Positions 12,441 through 26,768 of a stretch of 64,000 nucleotides of DNA are shown here, in pieces. Below the pieces are notes generated by a model. That model did not search any database, was not told the DNA's origin, and was given only the letters and a program-made list of their open reading frames with translations. Every line of letters starts with the position of its first letter. Position 1 is the first letter of the stretch. A program made the translations under genes and the position numbers. The stretch comes from Octopus bimaculoides. Its lineage: Eukaryota. The DNA lies in contig NC_068990.1 of NCBI RefSeq assembly GCF_001194135.2, positions 67,064,210 to 67,128,209 on the forward strand, in the 5' to 3' direction.

Positions 12441-12809
12441 CATTTGCTTTGCTAGCTTCTTGATTTGTGTTGAAATAAATATTGCTATATTTGAGGATGG
12501 TCATTTTGTAAATAAATGCACACAATTTTTGACTTTCATTTCTGGATTATTATTATTAGTTATTGGTTATTTTGTCAAATCTCTTTCATCACACATACTG
12601 TGACCTCCCCAATGACTATTTCTTCTTCTTGTTTTTATCCCTCCTCTTCTTTCTGGCCTTATTCTCTTTATTCTATAGTGTCTTCTTGTGGTACATATAC
12701 CTGTCTGTGCATGCATTTTCATCTGTGCCTGTATGTATGGGTTTGTATATTGCACTGTTTGTAACTGTCCCCATTCTATGTGCCCTATTCTGTCTTTAGT
12801 CATTAAGTT

Positions 12810-13140
12810 ATGGGAGGGTGTTACCCTTCCATTTGTTTTCTGTTGAGGCTTGGTCTACTTTCTATTATGTGTATGAATTCTGTAATCTGAATGTTGTTTT
12901 GGTTCTATGTATGGATAGGATCTTAATTTCTATGTTATCTATTGAATGCCTATGTTCTAGTTTGTCATATTGGTATAGTACTGACAAGCTCTTCTCTTCC
13001 TTAAGTTCTTGCCAGTATACTTTTATTCTCTTCCCTATGCCACAGGCTGTCTCTCCAATATATGTCATCAGGTTTCTGCACTGTCATGTTTTTGCACCTA
13101 TATCTTATTCTAAAGACTTGCATAGATGCAGTCTATAGGA
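12810..13140 (-). mobile_element. Penelope-like element, GIY-YIG endonuclease remnant
   Basis: ORF 12865-13068 MTYIGETACGIGKRIK..HRHSIDNIEIKIL matches the GIY-YIG YIGET..R motif. Confidence 0.8.
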
Positions 13141-13179
13141 TAAGATATATTGTACAATCCAAATACAGTCATCTATCAC

Positions 13180-13530
13180 CAGCATCATCATAATCATTGC
13201 CTCTTAATGTCCATTTTCCATGTTGGCATGAACTGGATGGTTTGATGGGAGTTGGAAAGCCAGAGGACTGTAGTAAGCTCCACTGCTTGGTTCATCATGG
13301 TTTCCATGCCTGGATGCTTTTCCTAATGCCAGCCACTTTACAGAATGTACTGGATGTTTTTACATGGTTCCAGCTCCAGTAAGGTCCTCAAGTAACTCGC
13401 AAGTCATGACCTCTCAACTGAAGAGGGTGGTGAAGTAGTATTGAGGGAGGTGGCTTTGTGCCAAGTGATGAGAAGTTAAATAAATAAAGTATGATAGGAC
13501 ACAAACAGGTGTCTTGCTGTAGCAGAAATA
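13180..13530 (-). mobile_element. SINE C2
   Basis: Homologous to 44150-44460 and 57550-57790. Confidence 0.8.
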
Positions 13531-14174
13531 CATAGCTACCCTATTTGAAAAAGAGAAAGGAGAGAGAGAGAGAGAGAGAAGGTGATAAAGAAGATATATA
13601 AGGGCATACCTTCAAGTTACAGGGGGGTGAAAACAGTAGTAGAGAGGAGTGGATAGGCTGAGTGGGTAGGTAAGTTTGCAAGAATGTGAAAGGAGAATGG
13701 TAGATAGAAGACAGATTGCAGTGAGTGGGGGACATGTGTAGCAGGTGAATTAAGAAGATGAATTGTTGGGGTGAGACCCTGCAACTAAATACTAACAAAG
13801 CTCAAACTAAGCTACTTTCTCAAATAACTGGTGTACAGAGTTCCTTTTAAATATGATACTGTTATTCAACAAATCTGATCTAATTTCTTTTGGTTATTGA
13901 TTCTTTCAGTATATTTTATGTCTTATTGGTAGTTGCTGAACTAGTGAGGAAGTATCTGTGTGGCCACTTAACCTGCTTGAAATAGTAACCAAATCCGCTT
14001 TAACTCTTGATATCAACCTACCTGGCACTAACCCTAATTCTATGATACAATCTTCCTGTTTTTATCAATTTTTCATTATCCTAAATTAATTGAAACTTAG
14101 GTCACATATTCCAACCAAAATATGGTAAGAATAAGATTAAACAATGATGTTATCTTTATCAAAACTAACATAGG

Positions 14175-14390
14175 ATTAAGTCATTTGATACCAATCCATC
14201 TGAAACTGACCCTGGTCCTATGATACAAAATTCCTGACTTAAATTGATCTAATGAAAATCTTGCATCAAACTTTCATGTTCATTTAAGTTCCAAGCACTT
14301 GCTTAATATTGATTAAGTTATTTTATCTAAGTCTTCATTATTTCAAAAATGTATTGAAATAAAGAATATGGTGACAAAATGGTTAAGTTA
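14175..14390 (+). mobile_element. piggyBac-like MITE (second partial copy at ~14000-14130)
   Basis: ttaagtcatttgatacc...gtgacaaaatggttaa: TTAA at both ends with degenerate TIRs. Confidence 0.55.
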
Positions 14391-14804
14391 CCCTTACTAT
14401 CTTACTAAAAAAGAAATACATTAAATAATGGAGTCCTAGATATACAATACATGGAAATGGCAAATGTGAGTAAAATGGCCTTAATCAAAATTCTGCTGGA
14501 TTCAGAGTGACCTCAGTTTAAAGAACAACGATTTCTATATTGTGCCATACTTCTTAAATATTGCTTTTACAGTGTCTTTTATAGACAAAAACAAATTAGT
14601 TTCTATCAACACAAGTAAGATTTTAATTGTCTTGTTTTCTTTGTATTCAGATCTTTGTTTCATTTTGTCTAGTGTGTCTCAAGTGTTTATCTATTTCTCA
14701 CATTTGTTTGTCTGCCTGAGTGTATGTTTTATTTAGACAGCTTGTTTTGTGTATAATGAATATTATAATACACATATAGCATACCAAATATTATAGGTTC
14801 TTTA

Positions 14805-14965
14805 TGGCTGTATGGTTAAGAAGTTAGCCTTGCAACCATAAGGTCCCAGGTTTGATCTCATTGTGAGACACATTGAGTAAATGTCATTTCCTATAACTTC
14901 AGGTCAACTTATACTTAGTCAGTGAAACTGGGATGACAGAAATTGCAAAGGAGCAAGTCAGATGG
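14805..14965 (+). mobile_element. SINE A head
   Basis: tggctgtatggttaagaag...caggtttgatctc. Confidence 0.65.
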
Positions 14966-14984
14966 ATTGTACTTGTAATTTAAA

Positions 14985-15165
14985 AGATACAGCCCTGTCA
15001 AACATGTATCACACTGATTCTGCCTGAAAATTATGCTAAGGGTATACATGTCTGTGGAATACTCAGCCACTTACACGTTGATCAAATGAACAAATAATTC
15101 ATTTGATTGAACTGAGTCCTCATTGTTGAATCTAATGGTCTCTCAAGTGCTACTGGTAACATGTA
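14985..15165 (+). mobile_element. SINE D 3' tail
   Basis: gggtatacatgtctgtggaatactcagccactt, as in 50100-50260. Confidence 0.7.
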
Positions 15166-15337
15166 ACCCAGTAGTACCACTTGTTACTGGTCAGATTGTT
15201 GGCAACTAAACTGGTAGCATCATCAAGCAAGCTTGCTGAGGAGGGTGATTTATTGGACATGCTGTGGGAGGGAAAACAAAACCCATCAAAGGGCAGAGGT
15301 ACCCCAAAAAATCAATGGTCATCCAAAAATGTGCAAG

Positions 15338-15475
15338 GGCACATAGTCTGGTGATTAGGATGTTGCACTCATGATTGCAAGATCGCAGTTTCAATTCCCA
15401 GACTGACTGTGCATTGTGTTCTTGAGTAAACCAGTTAATTTCTCATTGCTGCAGTCCACTCAGTTGTAAAATCTT
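15338..15475 (+). mobile_element. SINE family D head
   Basis: gggcacatagtctggtg..gtttcaattccc..gtgttcttgagtaa. Confidence 0.7.
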
Positions 15476-16291
15476 GTGGCAGATTGGTATACAAGGGTGC
15501 AATCAATTGTGATTCAGGAAACTCATCAGGTCTTTGTGAGCCATGTTTTTTTTTATTCAGCAATCAAAACAAGGAATAGTACAACCTGTGCTGTGAATCC
15601 CAACTGGTTTGGAGTGGTTGTTCAACTACATCAAAGGAGATGATTGAACCAATTATTTAGTTGTACTTTCTAGCTGGATTTGTTCCATTTTGTTTTGCTT
15701 GTATCCCAAACTCCATCTTGCAGTTTTCTTTTCTTCACTTAATTCACACATTTCTTCATCATCAATTAACATGTTTTCATGCTTGCATGGGTTGGATGTA
15801 TATATTATTGAGGCACTGTTTTACAGCCAGGCACCCTTTCTGTTGCAAAGTATTTCAGCAAGATATCTTTATGCCCATTTTTCCATACTAGCACAGCTTG
15901 GACATATCATTGAGGTATTGTTTTACAGTCAGATATCTTTCTTGTCACTAACTATTCCTGTTTGTGATATCTTATTCCATGAAACTTTAAAAGCACAAAA
16001 CTAGCAGTCAGCCTGTCAATGGGGGAAACAATAACAGTGTCACTGAAAGAATCTGCAGAGAAGTGTAAACACACACACACACACATGTTTATCAAATCTT
16101 TACAAAGTAAAGGTTGACAGTGGCTGGTGAGCAAGCTGAAACCTTGAAGTAACTGTCAGCCTTTTCCTTGTAAAAGCTTAATAAACATGTATTCTACAAA
16201 AAGGTATTGAGTAAACCTTTGTTTTTTTTTTATATAACTTGACATAAAAGAGAGGTATATATAATATAAAAAATGAGTTGTGTGTGTATAT

Positions 16292-16332
<41 letters not shown>

Positions 16333-16349
16333 CACAAGCACACATGTAT

Positions 16350-16500
16350 ATTTGACTGGCTTCTTTCATTTTCTGCAATTCCACTCACAAAGGCTTTCAG
16401 AAGATACTTACCCAAAGTTCCTCACAATTGGACTAAATCCAAGATCACATGTTAAAGAAGCAGACTTAGTAACCAACACAGCCATACCTGTACTTAACGT
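16350..16500 (-). mobile_element. SINE A head
   Basis: ggcttctttca..ccactcacaaaggcttt..cacagccatacc. Confidence 0.7.
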
Positions 16501-17063
16501 ATTTATGTTATGAATAAAATATGTGTCAGTTGTATACATAATGGAGTCTATATATCACCACTTTCTTCCTTCTCCTGATATTCTGGTTTCCAGTTGATGA
16601 TGTTATTAGATTCATTTCAGGTTCTAAGGAGAGAGTATGTTTGTCCATCCATCTTGTTACATAAACCTGGGATTAGAATTATTTTTTCCAAATTTCTCCC
16701 ACTTGGTTTACACCATAGTCAGTATATTTTAACTAATACTATCTCCAACCATAATTATATCTCATAGTCATAGAACACAGTTTTTCTGGTGTCTAGTTGT
16801 ATGAAGTTATATTTATTTGATGGTTGCACCTTTTCCCATGCACTCTGGTACCAAGTATGTCTAAAATTCTGATTCCAAGAAAGTATGTGACATTTTTCTG
16901 CCCATTATTAACATTGACTACATAGAACTGCATTCTAAAAATTAATTTGGTATGTTTCATTTTTGTATTGGTTTGCAAGATTATTGATGTGAACTTGTGT
17001 GTTGAAACATATTTTGATGTACTTTGGGAACGTCATAACGCCAATAATAAATACATGCACTGA

Positions 17064-17253
17064 TTCTATTTCACTTATCATTATCAATCAGCTAGTAAAC
17101 CATTTCACAAATTAAATAATTGGTTGTTTGATTAAAATTTGGTTCAATCAATCAACTAGATTTGTCAAAATCCAGTTTATTAGACTAACCAGTCAATTAG
17201 ATAATTAGTTAAATGGTTAACCACTTGACAAATAAAAATAATGTGAAATAGAA
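17064..17253. mobile_element. Small MITE-like imperfect palindrome
   Basis: Perfect 11-bp terminal inverted repeat ttctatttcac / gtgaaatagaa, plus weaker internal symmetry. Confidence 0.45.
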
Positions 17254-17394
17254 CCAGTGCATGTGTTTATTATTGGCCCAATGACCCTCCAAAGATACAA
17301 ACAAAATTTGCAATATATTGAGTAAGATCACTTTCTCTACACTACATAGCTTTTTTGTTCACTTCTGCTGATTAATCCTGGAGTTTCTTCATGA

Positions 17395-17640
17395 ACATGT
17401 ATTGCCAACTGGTTATGATGTTGATCTCATGATTGTAGGGTCAGGTTCCTGGACCAGGTGGTGTACTGTGTCTTTGAATGAGGCACCTCAAATATTATTG
17501 CTCCAATCTACTCAACTGAAAGTAAGTCCCAATCTCATTCTGGTTCAGCCCTCTTCCTCCAGGTATCATGTCCTTTAGATAAAGTGTCAGGGTGCCAAGA
17601 TGGTGTTTATGTCAAGTTGCAACTAAATGGATACTTAAAA
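17395..17640 (+). mobile_element. SINE family D, degenerate
   Basis: gggtcaggttcctggaccaggtggtgtactgtgtctttg. Confidence 0.55.
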
Positions 17641-18089
17641 CAATTGGCAAATGCTTGTTTGGAAATGGTCATGGGGCAACACCTAGATGCATTTAGTTGA
17701 TAATATTGTCTCAGTACATAAAGAGACCCAACATAAACACTGACATGGACACACACACACACACACACGTGCTTAGCACTTATGCAGAATGATTCTCTCT
17801 TCTTTGACTGTTCTCTTCACTGTACATAATGTCATGTAATCACCACATATCTTTATTCTTTCTTTTCCTTCCTACTTCTCCCTCTTCTCTCTTTTTGCCT
17901 CCCTCCTTCCCAACATGTCTAATCTCTGCACCTTCCATCTGTTCTCTTCCTTTCTCATAACCTTTTCTTCTCTTGCTTTTTCCCCTTTCTTTTCTTTCTC
18001 TTCTTTTTAAGCATTAAGTGAATAATGTCATTAATAAGTCTTACTCCTCTCATTTTGTCTTCTTCATTTTGCTCATTACATAACACACA

Positions 18090-18265
18090 CATGCATTCAT
18101 ACAATAAGCTTCTGCCCAATTTCATCTTCCAAATTCCATCACAAGCCACTGGATGTCCCCTGGCTATAATAAAAGACAACTGACTTTGGTACCACACAGT
18201 AGGACTAAACATGAAACCACAGAGCTGCAAAGCAATCTTCTTCACCTCATGGCCATGGTGATTCT
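18090..18265 (-). mobile_element. SINE A head, degenerate
   Basis: Reverse complement reads catggccatgaggtgaagaag..atgtttagtcct..ttattatagcc. Confidence 0.6.
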
Positions 18266-19547
18266 TAGTTTTGAAGTGTTTAAGGCTGAATATAAAAATG
18301 ACATTACTTACAGATATAGCAGAAACCATAGTTTCAGTGGATATAGTGATAGCATATGTATTAGTAATATTTGTGATAGTATGTGTATGAGGTGTAGTAG
18401 AGATTATAGAGTTGGATAAACAGCAGTAGATGCAGTAGTAGTTGTAGGTGACTGCATGCAAGAAGAATGGAGAACTTTGTAGCAAGCTATAGATGTTAAA
18501 ACTTAACGTTACTGAAAGAGTTTTTCAAAGAGAAACATGTGAGAGGTTAAACTGGTTCTTGAGAGCAATCACACCTTTGATATTATTTGAAACATAGCAT
18601 AAGCAAACACTGCAATACTGCAAAAACCCTGAATGGATTAGTACTGATGACAAGTCCAACTAGAATCTAAACATATGTACGACTGTTTCCCCTCTTCTTC
18701 TGTCCACAAATATATTGTGTAGATGTATTATTTTCTTCAAAAATTCTATGCTTCTTGAAATCTGCAACTTCTTGATGTGCCTATACACGCTTTCCTTTTC
18801 GTGGGTCTTATAATGTTCACTGTTCTGTCTTTTTATGCTTTATTCCATGTACTATCCATGTATTTCTATCTTTCTTTTGTATCTCACTTTACTTGACTTA
18901 CAGTTGCTTTCTGAATCCCCCCGCCACGTTTTTTATTCTTTTCTGGTGACCATAGTGCATCTGAACACTGTATACAATTAGTTCATTATTATCATAAAAA
19001 TAATTTTGTAAATCTTAAATGTATCTTTATATTATGTAGACATCCACATGTATTCTATTCCTACCTCTATACATAGCTGGTATCTATAGGGATTGCATTT
19101 TAAAATTTATTCTTCATAACCAAATCAGAGGTGGAAAAGCAGCAGCCACAATTTTTCTGGCACTTTCACAACTGGTGGTGGTGGTTGGCAAGGGAAGAAT
19201 TAATTCTCAAACCAAACACTTGTTCTGAATATTTGTAATGGAATAGGGTCTACTAAAATCACACATTAGCTAGATGATGAAGTATTAAACCAGGGTCCCA
19301 CCAATAGCTAATAAAATAAATGCCATTAACATTGGTTCAAAAACCTTATTTTTTAATCTATGGAGCCATTTTGATTACTATTCTGTTCTGGTGGACCCCC
19401 ATATCTATTCAATGTTTAAAAACTAGTTTTATAAATATTTCTTCAAAATTCCTATTTTGCTTTTCACACATTAATTTGTATAGGTTGGACTGTGTAAAAC
19501 ATTAGGGAAAGAAAGCCAGCTGTTTCTTGCAATAAATACATCTAAAG

Positions 19548-19622
19548 CAAGGATCCCCAATGTACTGATTTGTTTGTGTGGACCCCCAAAAGTCTTACAC
19601 AGACCATACTTGAAAACCCCTG
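19548..19622. mobile_element. Tiny hAT/Charlie-like remnant
   Basis: caaggatccccaa ... ttgaaaacccctg resemble CAGGGGTTYYCAA termini; TSD only partly matched. Confidence 0.35.
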
Positions 19623-20066
19623 GTCATTAAAAAAACTAACTTGAAGCTACAGTAAAAGGTACTTGCAGTGTATTGTAATCCCAAACTATGATGTGTAATT
19701 TCAAAGGAAAACTTCTCAACCATAGAGCTTCCAATCTTTAATCAGTCAAAATACATAGCTTGTCCTGACTGCTGTAACATATTCTGAACACTGTCCATAT
19801 CTCTATATTCAGTAAGTCAGTCATCTACTACCACATTGCATCAGTCTCTGCATTTACTCAACAGGCACTGTTTCTAATTATTCTTTAATCCATCTCACAT
19901 ATACAGGCAATGTGTTTTCTCTATTTTAGTCAAATATCTATCTACCATGTATTTATTAGTCTAATCAGTCAGCATCTAAAGTCTATTAATATAAAATAAC
20001 AAAAAAAAAACAAATTTATTTAATAAACTACTCCAGTGGTCAGGAGACTGAGTTGTTAGAATATTA

Positions 20067-20101
<35 letters not shown>

Positions 20102-20149
20102 GCACACATATAGTTCTTGCATTTGCATAGGTATATGTATGTGTATGTC

Positions 20150-20180
<31 letters not shown>

Positions 20181-20894
20181 TCATATATGTATGCATCTAT
20201 GTGTGCATACACGTGCACACATACACATATACATGCTTACACATACACACACACAGAGTCCTAATAAATTAGAAACATCCTCGTTTTGCAAAAGTTTTGA
20301 CCAAAAATAGATAAGTAGTTAAGTAAAAAGAGAAAGGAAAACAAAAACAAAAACTAACAAAATCCAAAAAAAAAAAACCCAGTTAACTGAAGGTGTGAAG
20401 CACTCAATATCTGAATGTGGCGTGTTAAACTACATGATACTGCTTGTAATGTTGCTGTCGTGCGTCAGACAATTTTTTTTCTTTACACATGCTCAAGATG
20501 AACTCTGGTAGAAGAGTTTTTTTTTTTTCATTCAATATATCAGATCGTATTTACCTTTGGTGACAGGTAGTTCACTTCCTATCAGATGGGGAAAAATAAA
20601 AATGAAGAAAAATATAAAATAATAACCAAAAAAGGAGGTATAAAAAACAAAAAGGAACTGTTAAATACTGGTTTTGATTTTTTTCTTTTTTAAATATAGT
20701 TTATCATTAATTTTAGCTCTTTTTATTTACATCATCATCATCATAAATATTTATTATCAGTATTATTATTAATATTATTATTATCATTTTTATTAATTTT
20801 TCATTATTAATTACTTATTACCATTATCATAAAGAGTCTGAAAAGAGAAAGACAAAAACAAAAATAAAAAGGAGGTTAAAGAAGGAGCATCATC

Positions 20895-21260
20895 ATTGTC
20901 ATCATCATAAATTTAACGTCCATTTTTCCATGCTTGCATGGGTTAGATGGAGTTTATTGAGGCACATTTTCTACAGCTGGATACTCTTCCTGTTGCCAAC
21001 CCTCACCTGTTTTCAAGCAAAAGTAGTATTTCTCCATGGCCAGACAAGTTTTTGCAGAATATTGGAAATGACACTGTGACACTCATTAACAACTACGACA
21101 TACACATGAAGGGCTTCTTTCATTTTTCATCTACTAAATCCATTCACAAGTCATTGGTCTGTCCAGGGACTTAGTAGAAGACACTTGCCCAAATTGCCAC
21201 AGAGTGAGACTGAACTCCAAACTGTAACACTGGGAAACAAACTTTTGAGCTAACAGCCAA
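20895..21260 (-). mobile_element. Composite SINE: A head + C1 tail
   Basis: C1 20895-21110 directly adjoining A head 21110-21260. Confidence 0.8.
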
Positions 21261-21894
21261 GTAACAAAAAATAAATAAATAAGTAATAATCCTGAACTAA
21301 AATCAGCCAAAATAGTTATAACGAGGGGAGAAAATATCGTTATAATGTTAGGAAGTTTGAATCTGGAACTTAATTCCAAATTGTAGATTCATTTTGCCAA
21401 GAATTTTACTATATAATAACATCTACCATAGCAATAATTCTAAAGTATTATTAAAGAAATCTGATAAGTACTTTCTGTCTTGTATTCTTAAGGGAAGCAT
21501 AGTTGCTAATTGTGACTTTCATGCCACTCTCAAAGGCATTAGAAACACCATTAGTGACAAAATTACACATAATTGAAGTGATGTTCTGGAAGGAATTGAA
21601 ACTGGGTGTTAAACCTCATTTGGTGAAATCATAGTGTTACAATACTATTAATTAAATCAACTTTTTTTTAATTAGGCATAAAGTCATTTTCTTTATTTTT
21701 TTTTTGTGAGAAAATATTGGTGATTAAATTAGCTTAATACTATTACTGCTGCTTGATTTAAAATCCTTCGAAGGACAAATGGAAAAGCTAATTCTCGAAG
21801 AATTTTGAATATGAAAATAAGGTATTTAGTTTAAAAACAAAAAGAAACTACCATAAAATAGCTCAATAAACAATTCCCTTTGGGGAGTACCATT

Positions 21895-22122
21895 TTAACC
21901 CTTTGGCATTTAATCCAGCAATATTTGGCTCAAATATTTAACCCATCTTATGTTCAAACTAGCCAGATCTGGTCTCTCACACCTACCCTACAATATCATT
22001 CTAAAAATAAACAATCACATCATCACATCATATTGAAGCTACAACATAAAGCATGATTAATTCAAAACTGTGAATAGATATGCATCATATTTGACTGAAT
22101 AATGTAAATGTTAAAGGGTTCA
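21895..22122. mobile_element. piggyBac-like MITE
   Basis: TTAA|ccctttggcattt ... aaatgttaaaggg|TTCA: TIRs and a near-intact TTAA TSD. Confidence 0.8.
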
Positions 22123-22799
22123 AGACATGGGTACACTGGCAAGTTACCCAGGTGCATGACTTGTCTAGGAGACCCAATGGGAATCTATGTATATTGTGGA
22201 TTATATATATGTGCTCTTCCTAGTTTTGTACTATGCATGATGTTGTATAAAACTATTTAGACAGTCTTTGCTATTGAGAAAATGTAAGATGTATTTGACT
22301 GAACTGATTTTAATATATCATTAATAACTATTTAATTGACACAAATGTAAATTGGACTCAGTAATGTAAGGGTATGAAAAGAAAATATAGTGAAATTCTG
22401 CTTTGAATTAGAAGCCATCACCCTCTAGTACCATTAATAATAACTAACAAACTCCATTGAAATTCCATGATTTATAAATTTTCATATTTTTATTTTGATC
22501 CATAGATTTAAAGAGCCTTACAACAACATTCCAACGAGTTAAATGTCTCAATTATGTCTTTGATTGTGTTCCATAGTTAACATTGTTTAAAGCATAACAG
22601 TCAAACTTGTTTCAGAATGCTGACAGACTTTGATTGTATCTACAGTTTTGTTCGATAGTTTCAAGGTTAAGTTGTTACATTTTAACTTACATTTAATATA
22701 GTGTATTATAGGCTTCAATTTTGTCTTCAGTATCCTTCCATAGTTAAGATTGTTTAAACTATGACACTGAAACTTCCATCATCAGTCAAGCAGAATAAC

Positions 22800-23010
22800 A
22801 TCATCATCATTATCACCACCAATGTCATCATTATTTAATGTCTGTGTTCCATGCTGGCATGGGTGGGGTGGGGTGGTTTCGATAGGATCTGGTGGTTCCA
22901 AAGACTGCAGCATGCCCCAGTTTCTACTTTGGTATGGTTGCTACAGCTTGATACCCATCTTATTGCAATCCACTTTCTAGAATATACTGAGTATTTTTTT
23001 GTTTGTTTTT
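22800..23010 (-). mobile_element. SINE C2
   Basis: (CAT)n then ttccatgctggcatgggt. Confidence 0.7.
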
Positions 23011-23559
23011 GTAACCAACTATAAATTTAGGAAGAAATCAAATAATCAGTCATATTGTTTCAGTAATTGGGTGGTTCTTCATTCTATTGATGCAAAAGAA
23101 CAGGAAGCAAAAGCTGAACCTGAGAAGGTTTGAACTTGGATTGTAGAGGGAGATAAATAAATAATGCCTTTTCATTTTATCTGGCATTGCTCTGATTCTA
23201 GCCACCCACAGTTGTTTCTAATAATAATTATAACAAAATTTGTAATAATGGTAATTGGAAAAGGATGGGGAAGAAAGAAAATAGAAAAAAACAAAAAAAC
23301 GGATGGAAGTCGAAAATTCATGAGAAAATTATAATAAATATTAATGAATGTTGTAGTTCCGTTAAAACCAAGAAATTAACAAAAGACAGATTAACATAAA
23401 CATACACGTGTACAAATACATAACTATGCATACACATACACAGGTACAGAGTATACTGAGTGGTGAGTAACAGAACATTCAAAAGTAGTAAACAGCGATG
23501 AAACAAAACTAATCTGAATGTAAACCTTACCAAATTATGTTGGCAGATAATTGTTATTG

Positions 23560-24140
23560 CAGATGATGATGATGATGACAATGTTCATTATTAGATGATG
23601 ATAAGCTTGATGATGATGACAAAGATAACAACAATGTTGATTAGAGGACGAAGACAAAGGTGATTAGAGGAGGAGGCGAAGAAGAAGGTTGACAATGATC
23701 AATTATGATAACAAGGCTGATGATTATGTTCATATTCATACTGTGCATGATGATGATGCCAGTGCTGTTAAGGATATTGATGACGATGACATTTATAAAG
23801 GCTGATGATGACAACAACAATGACAGTGATAAGAATCTTGGTGACAAAAAAGAATGATCATGAAGATGATTATGTGGACAAATGATAACAAGGCTCATTA
23901 TAAGGATTATTATGATGATGATGATGATAGTGATAAAAGAACTGATAATATATCTGATATGATGAAGAGCAAAGAAAGTGACAACTTTGGAAGTTATGAT
24001 GACAATGACAACAAAGATGGAACCAACAAAAGATCAAGGATGATGACAGTGATGATGAAGATGATGGTGGGGGTGGTAGTGATAAGGATGGTGGCACCAA
24101 CAATTGTAACAAGACACTGACGATGATGATGTCATAGATT
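23560..24140. repeat. Cryptic (GAT/GAC)n low-complexity tract
   Basis: Decayed trinucleotide repeats. Confidence 0.9.
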
Positions 24141-24569
24141 AATATTGGCATAAGTGTATGTATGAGTGTGCACATATATGTGTGTGTGCGTATATAAATA
24201 TATATATACACACACACACACACACGTGCACACACACAGACACATACGTTTTCACACACTTACTTAAAAAAAATAAAACAATAAAAAAACAGTATTTCTT
24301 CTCATTGTCTCTGGAAGATATACAGGAGTAGATTCTTGTTGTCGTGTTATCCAGTTAGACTTGGAGCAGCCAAAGAATTTCAGAGACAACTAAGGAGGAG
24401 AAAGAAGATGTGACATGCATACACTTCTCCTGAGTGCATTGCTGATTGAAAGAGAAGTGAATTAGTTAGAACCAGGAATAAAAACCATGTCTTGGACTCA
24501 GCTGGCTGGGAAATTACATTCTATTTCACAACGCTTGTTCTCCCTGGAGGTTGGTTTCATGAGAGAATC

Positions 24570-25890
<1,321 letters not shown>

Positions 25891-26326
25891 TATTAAAATA
25901 GCAAACTTAACTGAAGTTAAACTTTTACGAAATGTCTCTTCAAGATTATGTCAAAACATATTGCAGTGGAACAAGTAATATTTCCTTCTATTATATATTT
26001 TATCTATGTTTTATGAATATATTCACAAAATGCTCACATTCTTTTTGACTATTATTATTTTTTTTACCCACTTTCATGTTTCTATTGAAATGCTTGCTAC
26101 TATATCTCTTTCCTCATCTGTTAGAGACAGAGAGCCCATGGCGATACACTGCTGATGGGCATACAAGACTGCTGCTGTGGTTTTATAGAAATCTTGGAAA
26201 TTTAGACTTGAGCTGCATACAATCTGAAAAAATTTGTAGAGTTCAAATTACACCCTAAAATTTAAAAGATACATCTATGCTTACTACCAGTGAGTATTTG
26301 AGAACACATTCACACATACATACACA

Positions 26327-26482
26327 GGCATGGCTGTGTGTTAAGAAGCTTGCTTGCCAACCACATGGTTCCAGGTTCAATCACACTGTGTGACACCTTG
26401 TGCAAGTGTCTGCTACTATAGCCTTGGTCAAACCAAAGACATGTGAGTGGATTTAGTAGATGGAAACCGAAAGAAGCTCATC
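26327..26482 (+). mobile_element. SINE A head
   Basis: ggcatggctgtgtg..ccaggttcaatc..gtgacaccttgtgcaagtgtc..ctatagcc (tRNA-like boxes plus a CORE-like ccttgggcaag motif). Confidence 0.85.
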
Positions 26483-26494
26483 ATATATACATAT

Positions 26495-26696
26495 ACTCTT
26501 TACTCCTTTACACTCTTTTACTTGCTTCAGTCTTTTGACTGTGGCCATGCTGGGGCACCACCTTTAGTCGAGCAAATCGACCCCAGGACTTATTCTTTGG
26601 AAGCCTAGTACTTATTCTATCGGTTTCTTTTGCCGAACCGCTAAGTTATGGGGACGTAAACACACCAGCATCGGTTGTCAAGCAAGGTTGGGGGGA

Positions 26697-26768
<72 letters not shown>

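Noticed and set aside
23641-24259. Asp/Met/Ser/Ile-rich ORFs
   Set aside because: Cryptic (GAT)n low-complexity sequence; no domain or splice support
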